Shown: piece after piece, positions 56,649-63,061 of the stretch
Layout: the number at the start of each line of letters is the position of its first letter
How positions within the stretch are numbered: position 1 is the stretch's first letter
Translations under genes and position numbers: made by a program
Assembly: GCA_045535095.1 (NCBI GenBank)
Contig: JAZSKY010000002.1
Span: 1-63,061, forward strand
Direction of reading: 5' to 3'
Length of the DNA stretch: 63,061 nucleotides
DNA from: Eubacteriales bacterium
GTDB lineage: Bacteria; Bacillota; Clostridia; Oscillospirales; CAG-272
The notes under the pieces: model-generated
Databases searched by the model: none
What the model saw: the letters and a program-made list of their open reading frames with translations, nothing else
What the model was told of the DNA's origin: nothing

Positions 56649-57759
56649 GGCTAAAATTTTTGCGCTCACTCTGATTATTCTTCTTTTGTCTCATAGCGTC
56701 TGCTTTGCAAATGACGATACCCGAGAGGGTCTTGAAAGCGCGCTTGACACTCTCCCCGAGAGCGTTACGGAGGATCTGCCCGAGGGTATAGAGGAAGCAC
56801 TCTCGTCTCCCGAAAAGCTCTCCGAGCTCTTTAGTATCGACTACGTGTTTTCTTTGTCGGGTGGACTTTTTAAAAGCGCACTTTCGTCCGCGCTCAAGGC
56901 ATTTGCCTTCGTTGGAGCGTCTCTTGTAATTTCTGCGCTGTTTAGCGCACTTTCCGGCGCTTTTTCAAATACGGGAGCGCAGGTGTCATCTCTCGCATCA
57001 AGGCTTTGTATCAGCACGTGCGCCTATTTTACGGTGTGGTCGCACGTCAAGGAAACGCTTGCGTTTTCTCAAAATATAAGCGCGTTTATGAAGGCGCTTG
57101 CCGTCACCTTCGGCGCGGTATATACGAGCGCAGGAGAGATAGGAAGCACCGCCGCGCATAGCGCGTGGGCGTTTTCTCTCACCGCCGTCACAGAGGAGCT
57201 TTGCGGAGGACTTCTGTTGCCCGTAATGCAAATATCCTTCTCGTCAAGCCTTGTGTCAAGTATATCGGACGGGGTTGATATATCGAGGCTCGTCAGAATG
57301 ATACGAAACTTATTTACATCTCTGCTCGTCTTTTTTATGACGGTAATATCGGTAATTTTGGCATTTCAGACGGTGATCGCGCACACGTCCGATTCACTCG
57401 CTATGCGCGGAGTCCGATACGTGGTATCAAACTCTGTGCCGATAATAGGCGGACTTGTCAGCGATAGCGCAAGGACTCTCGCGACAGGCTTCTCGCTCAT
57501 AAAAAACTCGGTAGGATTTTTCGGAATTGCAGTAGTCTGCATAATCTCGCTTTATCCTCTTGTCGGACTCATTTCCACAAAGTACGCGCTTCAGCTTTCG
57601 GGCGCTCTCGCCTCGATACTCGGCGAGGATAAAAGCGCGGCGGTTCTCGATGAATCACTCAAAATGATAAGCTTTATGATGGCGGTAGTAATAATGCTTG
57701 ACGTTGCCTTTATCTTCTGCATTTCGGTCTTTGCGCTTCTTCCTGCCGCGAGTATATAA
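56641..57759 (+). CDS. spoIIIAE: Stage III sporulation protein AE
   Basis: Multi-TM; SNSVPIIGGLVSDSA, IKNSVGFFG. Confidence 0.9.
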   Translation: MRKAKIFALTLIILLLSHSVCFANDDTREGLESALDTLPESVTEDLPEGIEEALSSPEKLSELFSIDYVFSLSGGLFKSALSSALKAFAFVGASLVISALFSALSGAFSNTGAQVSSLASRLCISTCAYFTVWSHVKETLAFSQNISAFMKALAVTFGAVYTSAGEIGSTAAHSAWAFSLTAVTEELCGGLLLPVMQISFSSSLVSSISDGVDISRLVRMIRNLFTSLLVFFMTVISVILAFQTVIAHTSDSLAMRGVRYVVSNSVPIIGGLVSDSARTLATGFSLIKNSVGFFGIAVVCIISLYPLVGLISTKYALQLSGALASILGEDKSAAVLDESLKMISFMMAVVIMLDVAFIFCISVFALLPAASI

Positions 57760-57773
57760 GCAAAGGAGAAGAT

Positions 57774-58259
57774 ATGGATTCTGTAAAATCGTTCGTGCTT
57801 TGCGCTCTTCTTGCGGCAGCAATATCGGGCGTTGTGAAAATGCTGTCGTCGGGAATGAAGGGCTTTGAAAAATATACCGGTCTCGTTGCCTCGCTTGTAA
57901 TGATACTCGTTCTTGCAAAGCCGATGTGTAGCCTCGCGCGTGGCGTGATGGACGAGATCTCCTCGGTGGTGTCCGATTACGCGGAGAGCGAAAAGGATAG
58001 TCCGGAGGACGAAAAGAGCGAGAATATAGCGTCGGATCACGTACGGGCAGCGCTTGAAGAGACGGTAAAGGATATTCTGTGCAGGCATTTCAGTATAGAT
58101 GGATCAGATATCGGCGTCAGCGCGGTCTTTGCCGACGATATGAGCGTTGAGGGTGTCGTGATATATATAAGCGAAGAGTCGCTTTCAGACGAAATAGAAA
58201 GCTACGTAGAAAAAAGTCTGCTGATTCCGGCTGAAATAAAGAGGAAGGAGAAGCAATGA
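57774..58259 (+). CDS. spoIIIAF: Stage III sporulation protein AF
   Basis: Two N-terminal TMs, FEKYTGLVASLVMILVLAKP; operon order. Confidence 0.78.
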   Translation: MDSVKSFVLCALLAAAISGVVKMLSSGMKGFEKYTGLVASLVMILVLAKPMCSLARGVMDEISSVVSDYAESEKDSPEDEKSENIASDHVRAALEETVKDILCRHFSIDGSDIGVSAVFADDMSVEGVVIYISEESLSDEIESYVEKSLLIPAEIKRKEKQ

Positions 58260-58744
58260 AAAAGGGAATGTTTGCAGGGGTAAAAGAGATAAAGGGTATT
58301 GTGTGGATGATAGCCGCTCTCGCGCTCGGTATAGTTCTTATTCTGTGGGGAGTGATCTTTCAAAATAATAGCACGAAGGAGAGCGAGACGCGAGAGGCGT
58401 TTTCATATTCGGACTATGAGAAAAATATCGAGTCGCGCGTTGCCGACATCGTGTCGCAGGTTGGCGGTGTTTACGACGTCAGCGTAATGGTCACGCTCGA
58501 CAGTACAAATAGCTATTCGTATGCCGAAAACGATAAGAGCGGCGGTAGCGAGTACGTTACTGTAAGAGATAAGGACGGAAACGAAAGCGGAGTTCTTATC
58601 GGTGAAAACACGCCCAAAATACGCGGAGTTGCGGTGGTTTGCGGCGGAGGTGAAAATCCAAATACGCGCCTCGAGATAATAAAGCTTGTGAGCGCTCTAT
58701 TAAGTATTCCGCAAAACAAGGTGTACGTTGGCGGACGAAACTGA
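58256..58744 (+). CDS. spoIIIAG: Stage III sporulation protein AG
   Basis: SQVGGVYDVSVMVTL, PKIRGVAVVCGGG, VSALLSIPQNKVYV. Confidence 0.9.
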   Translation: MKKGMFAGVKEIKGIVWMIAALALGIVLILWGVIFQNNSTKESETREAFSYSDYEKNIESRVADIVSQVGGVYDVSVMVTLDSTNSYSYAENDKSGGSEYVTVRDKDGNESGVLIGENTPKIRGVAVVCGGGENPNTRLEIIKLVSALLSIPQNKVYVGGRN

Positions 58745-58821
58745 AAAAATGAAGTAAAACCGGAATACTTGAACGATATGCCGAATAAATAATAACAAAG
58801 CTTATTTTTAGGGAGGATACT

Positions 58822-59475
58822 ATGAAGATCATAAAGACCGATAGACCGAAAAAGCCGATAAAGGCCGAGATAAACGAGAACACCGAGCCCGAAATATTCG
58901 AAAATGAAGAATATAAGATCTGGGATAAGCTGAAGGAGGCTCTCACTAAAAACGTAAAGAGAAACGCCGCTATCTTCTGTACGCTCGTCCTTATTGCAGG
59001 CGCGGTATATCTTAATTGGATGCTTTTTTCGGGTACGTCCGACTACGATCCCGACAACTACGTTTCGGGTACTGTAAATCAGGACGGAAACAATCAGGTG
59101 AGTGCGGACGCCTCTACCGAAGAGGACGGATATTTCGCACTTGCGATAATTGATCGGGCAGAAGCGCGCGCAGAGGCTCTCGAGGTGCTTTCGTCAATAA
59201 CTACGAGCGAGGACGCAACAGAGGAGGCTCGTGAGAGCGCGTATTACGAAATGGCAAAAATAGCCGAGGAAATAGAGTGCGAGGCGAATATCGAAACTCT
59301 TATCAAGGCAAAAGGCTTTAACGAGTGCGTTGTGGTTATCGCATCGGGAAAGGCGAGCGTTATAGTTTCGGGCGAGAACCTTCTTGCATCCGAGGTCGCG
59401 CAGATAAAAGAAATAGTTTATACGCAGGCGAGCATATCTCCACAGAACGTAACGATCATTGAAAAGGCTCTCTGA
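58822..59475 (+). CDS. spoIIIAH: Stage III sporulation protein AH
   Basis: AVYLNW, EANIETLIKAKGFNECVV, EVAQIKEIV. Confidence 0.92.
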   Translation: MKIIKTDRPKKPIKAEINENTEPEIFENEEYKIWDKLKEALTKNVKRNAAIFCTLVLIAGAVYLNWMLFSGTSDYDPDNYVSGTVNQDGNNQVSADASTEEDGYFALAIIDRAEARAEALEVLSSITTSEDATEEARESAYYEMAKIAEEIECEANIETLIKAKGFNECVVVIASGKASVIVSGENLLASEVAQIKEIVYTQASISPQNVTIIEKAL

Positions 59476-59487
59476 TCACTTAAATTT

Positions 59488-59517
59488 GGGCAGGACACCG
59501 TCCTGCCTTGTTTTTTT
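59488..59517 (+). terminator. Intrinsic terminator after spoIIIAH
   Basis: GGCAGGAC-ACC-GTCCTGCC followed by a T tract. Confidence 0.8.
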
Positions 59518-59559
59518 GTCGTTTTTTGGAAAAAAAGTGATAAAATTTGTAAAAAAGAC

Positions 59560-59588
59560 TTGAAATTTGTAAAACTTTGGGTTATAAT
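59560..59588 (+). promoter_or_regulatory. Sigma-A promoter of the giant surface protein, overlapped by TTTGTAAA direct repeats
   Basis: TTGAAA-17-TATAAT. Confidence 0.7.
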
Positions 59589-59630
59589 TATCATAAGTAT
59601 TTTTGTAAATACAAAAAAAAGGAGGAAAAT

Positions 59631-62600
59631 ATGAAAACAAGAAAATTTAGCGCATTTCTTTCAATACTGCTTGTTGCAGTAATGCTTTTCTCTATGATAC
59701 CCGCAACGGTATCGGCAGATGCACTTACGGCAACAAAAGTAAACAATCTTTCCGAAATCACTTCCGGAGACTATGTTATTTCCGTCGTTTACGGCGGAAA
59801 AAGTTACGCATTTACCGGCAAGAGCGGCGATTACGGTGCTGCAACCGAGATTACACCGTCCGGCGATACGATCTCGGATGCAACCGGACTTTATGCCACT
59901 CTTACAGCAGTTCCGGGAAAAAGCAACACTTATACAATCGAGTTTGGTAGTACCGTTATTGGATATGATGGCTCGGGAACTAAATTTGACCCTAATGCTT
60001 CCAACTGGGTTATAAGCGCAAATGGTGACGGCTTCCGCATTGTTCCCGAAACCACTGCTACTAGAGCTATTGCATATCAGAATACCAATAGTAGATTCGC
60101 AGTCTATGCCATAAGCAATGCAAGCAATGCGAGCTATGCATTTGACATTATTCTCTACAAAGTCGGCGGCACTTCGGGCGGTGGCACAACACCCACACCT
60201 ACTCCCGATCCGGAACCCGGTAATCCTCCGGCAGCTGACGGACTCGTTGCAGATTTCGAGTTCGGAACCGACATAGCTCCCACTGAACATAAAGATGGAT
60301 CTGACATCGGTGCTTCGAAATCGTACACCGAAAATGGTTATACACTCGCCATTACGGGCGCATCGAAGGTGTTCGACGGCGGAAATGACGCTCAGGGTAA
60401 AAAGTGCTTGAAGCTTGGAACAAGCTCTGTTATTGGTAAATTCACCTTCACCGCTCCCAGCGATGTTACTAAGGTGATTATTTACGTTGCAAAGTACAAG
60501 GATAAAACTACCAAGATATCTGTTAACGGAACCGCTTATACCATCGACACCCTCTCTAATAATGGAGAATACACCGCTATCACTGTCGATACTTCCTCAA
60601 ATAAGACTGTAGAATTCACCACTGTTTCCGGCGGTGTAAGATGTATGATCGACTCTATCGAGTTCTATGTAGATGCAACTCCCGAACCTACCCACACCTG
60701 CAAACCCAAGACCTACGTTCCTGCCGTTGCCGCAAACTGCATGAAGGGCGGAAACATCGAGCACTGGATCTGCGAGTGCGGAGAGAAGTATCTCGACGAG
60801 GCTTGCAAGAATCTCGCTACTGACGTTACGACCGCTATTGATGCAACCAACCATACCGGCAACAACACCGTTAAGAGCGATGCAAACGGTCACTGGACTG
60901 TATGCGACGAGTGCGGAGCAACTGTTGTTGAAAAGGAAGCACACACCTACGAAAACGGTAAAGACGGCGTATGTACCGCAAGTGGCTGTGGCTACGAAAA
61001 GGCGCACGTTTGCGAGGCTGCATCTCATACTGATGCAGAAAAAGCAACCTGCCTTGCAGGCGGTACTATTGAGTACTGGACCTGCGGATGCGGTTGTGAG
61101 TGCGGCGACGAGGCATGCAAGGATCTTGTTACTGATGTCGCAACCGACGTTGATGCAAGCAACCACGCAGGAAAGACCGTCGTTAAGAACGATGCAGACG
61201 GACACTGGACCGAGTGTGAGTGCGGAGCAACCGTTGTTGAAAAAGAAGCACACATCTACGCTAACGGCAAGGACGGCGTATGTACTGCTAACTGCGGATA
61301 TACCAAGGAGTGTGACTTCGGTGATGCTACTTGTACCGAGCCTGCAACCTGTAAGAACTGCGGCGCGCCGAGCGGCGATGCTCTCGGTCACGATATGACC
61401 TTCCACGCAAAGGCTGAAGCAGATTGCAACAATACCGGTCACGAAGCATACTATGAGTGTAACGTCTGCGGCAAGCTTTACTCGGATGCAAACGGTGAAA
61501 ATGAAATCACCGCAGCAACCGAAATCCCCGCAACCAAGCACCCGAACAAGTATCTCATCAACGAAAAAGAGCCTACCCTTAACGACAAGGGTTACACCGG
61601 CGACTACTACTGCCCCGACTGTGACACTATCGTTTCCACCGGAACCGATATTCCCGTAAAGACCGGCGCAGTTGCAAGTGTTAGCGGATACAACTACGCA
61701 ACCTTCGAGGAAGCCGTTGCTAATGCAGACGGCAAGACCGTTGTGCTTCTCGGCGACGTAGTTCTCACTAACGTTCTTTACGTAAACGGAACCCAGACCT
61801 GGAATCTCGCAGGCTATACGCTCACCTCTATGGCTATATCGGATAACTATGCGATCGTAGTTAAGGGCGACCTTACTATTAAGGATGGTGAATTCCTTCT
61901 CACTCCTTATTTCGGAATCGGCGTTCTTGGCAAGCTTACCGTTGACGGCGGACGCTTCATTGCTAACGGCGAAACCGATTACCTCATCGGAAACTGGGGA
62001 ACTACCGTTATCAACGGCGGTACCTTCAACGGATATTACAGCTGCGTACTCTGCGAGCAGGGAACCACCGTTATCAACGGCGGTAACTTCAAGGTAGAAG
62101 GATACGTTTACGATCCCCAGTGGGATGATGCGTGCGACCTCTTCTCCGATGCAGAGCTTATCGTAAAGGGCGGTACCTTCTCTTGCGACGTAAGTGAGTT
62201 CTGTGAGAACGGATGCACCGCTTACGACGAAGCAAGCGGCAAGTACGTTTACGGCGCACACAAGTATGTTGCAGGCGAGGTTGTTAAAGCTACCTGTATG
62301 GCTGGCGGATACACCGTTTACACCTGCGCGTGCGGCAACACCTATAATGGCGATACCACCGGTATCGATGCAAACAATCACGTAGTTGATGCTGAAACCC
62401 TCGACTGGGCTTACGGCGACCATACTCACTACAAGACCTGTAAGTGTAACGCTAAGCTCGAAGAAGAAGCTCACGATGGCGAACTTAGCTGCTCGATATG
62501 CGGACACAAGACTATCGGTGTGTTCCAGAGCGAAGGCAACCTCTACTTTATCGAGTGGAACGGCAAGCTTCTCAAGGGTAAGTTCTACGTAACCGAGGAA

Positions 62601-62912
62601 ACTGCAAACGGATACGTTAACGCAGGCTGGTACTACGCAGACGAAAACGGTAAGTTTGTAAACGAAGAAATTATCCTCGACGAAGGTGTTCTCCGTTACG
62701 TCGTTGGCGGTAAGACCTACTACAACAACGGCGGAGCGATCGAGCTTAACGGCAAGATCTACTTCATCGAGTGGGACGGCAGAGTACAGATCGGCAAGTT
62801 CTACGTAACCGAGGCTATGATAGCTGCAAGTGAGGTTACCATCAGCGGCGGCTCGGGCTGGTACTATACAGACGATACCGGCGCTATGATCATGAACGGC
62901 TTTGTTGAGTAA
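59631..62912 (+). CDS. Large secreted mosaic surface protein (beta-sandwich domains, His/Cys repeats, beta-helix, aromatic cell-wall-binding-like repeats); probably continues past the window end
   Basis: SD GGAGG + ATG 59631, signal peptide ...ATVSA, PTPTPDPEP linker, duplicated Cys/His block, YATFEEAV...VVLLGDV, FIEWDG/WYY repeats; frame stays open and repeat-like after TAA 62910-62912. Confidence 0.8.
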   Translation: MKTRKFSAFLSILLVAVMLFSMIPATVSADALTATKVNNLSEITSGDYVISVVYGGKSYAFTGKSGDYGAATEITPSGDTISDATGLYATLTAVPGKSNTYTIEFGSTVIGYDGSGTKFDPNASNWVISANGDGFRIVPETTATRAIAYQNTNSRFAVYAISNASNASYAFDIILYKVGGTSGGGTTPTPTPDPEPGNPPAADGLVADFEFGTDIAPTEHKDGSDIGASKSYTENGYTLAITGASKVFDGGNDAQGKKCLKLGTSSVIGKFTFTAPSDVTKVIIYVAKYKDKTTKISVNGTAYTIDTLSNNGEYTAITVDTSSNKTVEFTTVSGGVRCMIDSIEFYVDATPEPTHTCKPKTYVPAVAANCMKGGNIEHWICECGEKYLDEACKNLATDVTTAIDATNHTGNNTVKSDANGHWTVCDECGATVVEKEAHTYENGKDGVCTASGCGYEKAHVCEAASHTDAEKATCLAGGTIEYWTCGCGCECGDEACKDLVTDVATDVDASNHAGKTVVKNDADGHWTECECGATVVEKEAHIYANGKDGVCTANCGYTKECDFGDATCTEPATCKNCGAPSGDALGHDMTFHAKAEADCNNTGHEAYYECNVCGKLYSDANGENEITAATEIPATKHPNKYLINEKEPTLNDKGYTGDYYCPDCDTIVSTGTDIPVKTGAVASVSGYNYATFEEAVANADGKTVVLLGDVVLTNVLYVNGTQTWNLAGYTLTSMAISDNYAIVVKGDLTIKDGEFLLTPYFGIGVLGKLTVDGGRFIANGETDYLIGNWGTTVINGGTFNGYYSCVLCEQGTTVINGGNFKVEGYVYDPQWDDACDLFSDAELIVKGGTFSCDVSEFCENGCTAYDEASGKYVYGAHKYVAGEVVKATCMAGGYTVYTCACGNTYNGDTTGIDANNHVVDAETLDWAYGDHTHYKTCKCNAKLEEEAHDGELSCSICGHKTIGVFQSEGNLYFIEWNGKLLKGKFYVTEETANGYVNAGWYYADENGKFVNEEIILDEGVLRYVVGGKTYYNNGGAIELNGKIYFIEWDGRVQIGKFYVTEAMIAASEVTISGGSGWYYTDDTGAMIMNGFVE

Positions 62913-63061
62913 TGGTACTTACTTCGCTACATAGAAAACCGGAAGACCTACTACAACTACGGTGGAGCGATCGAGCTTAACGGCAAGATCTACTTCATCG
63001 AGTGGGACGGCAGAGTACAGATCGGCAAGTTCTACGTAACCGAGGCTATGATAGCTGCAAG
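62712..63061 (+). repeat. 231-bp (77-codon) tandem repeat unit
   Basis: 62733-62830 identical to 62964-63061; 62712-62830 vs 62943-63061 differ at 2 positions; a more diverged copy lies 216 bp upstream. Confidence 0.92.

Noticed and set aside
60597-62507. 636-aa minus-strand ORF
   Set aside because: In-register antisense shadow of the giant surface protein; low-information composition and no RBS.

Overview
About 63 kb of chromosome from a spore-forming Clostridia-type Firmicute, judged from sigG, spoIIIAA-AH, spoIVFB-like and ytvI genes, an ispH-rpsA fusion and many near-consensus sigma-A promoters. I found no transposase, integrase, phage structural gene or CRISPR array. Genes left of ~34 kb mostly point left and genes right of it mostly point right. 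Housekeeping blocks are HI0933-cmk-plsC-ispH/rpsA, asnA-fumarase beta, gmk, three tRNAs, deaminase-rimI-tsaD, idh-rex-dnaD-dnaC-pgeF and spoIIIA. The best candidate for an undescribed system is a 14 kb surface locus (9760-23834): a MoxR AAA+/DUF58/vWA/vWA operon translationally coupled to Cys/His-rich beta-sandwich lipoproteins, followed by a sortase-type protein sharing a domain with them. Other candidates are a GldA/F/G-like ABC module with duplicated GldG, DUF4340 and a degenerate parvulin; a guanylate kinase with a ParB/Srx-like GxxRxxA tail; a palindromic mini-element duplicating the tRNA-Thr 3' end; and a DnaA-box cluster with no dnaA gene in front of an operon carrying dnaD/dnaC. There is also a frameshifted, internally deleted DUF4838-like pseudogene and a giant mosaic surface protein whose 77-codon repeat runs off the window end past an in-frame stop. 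All family calls are motif recognition by eye; no searches were run.
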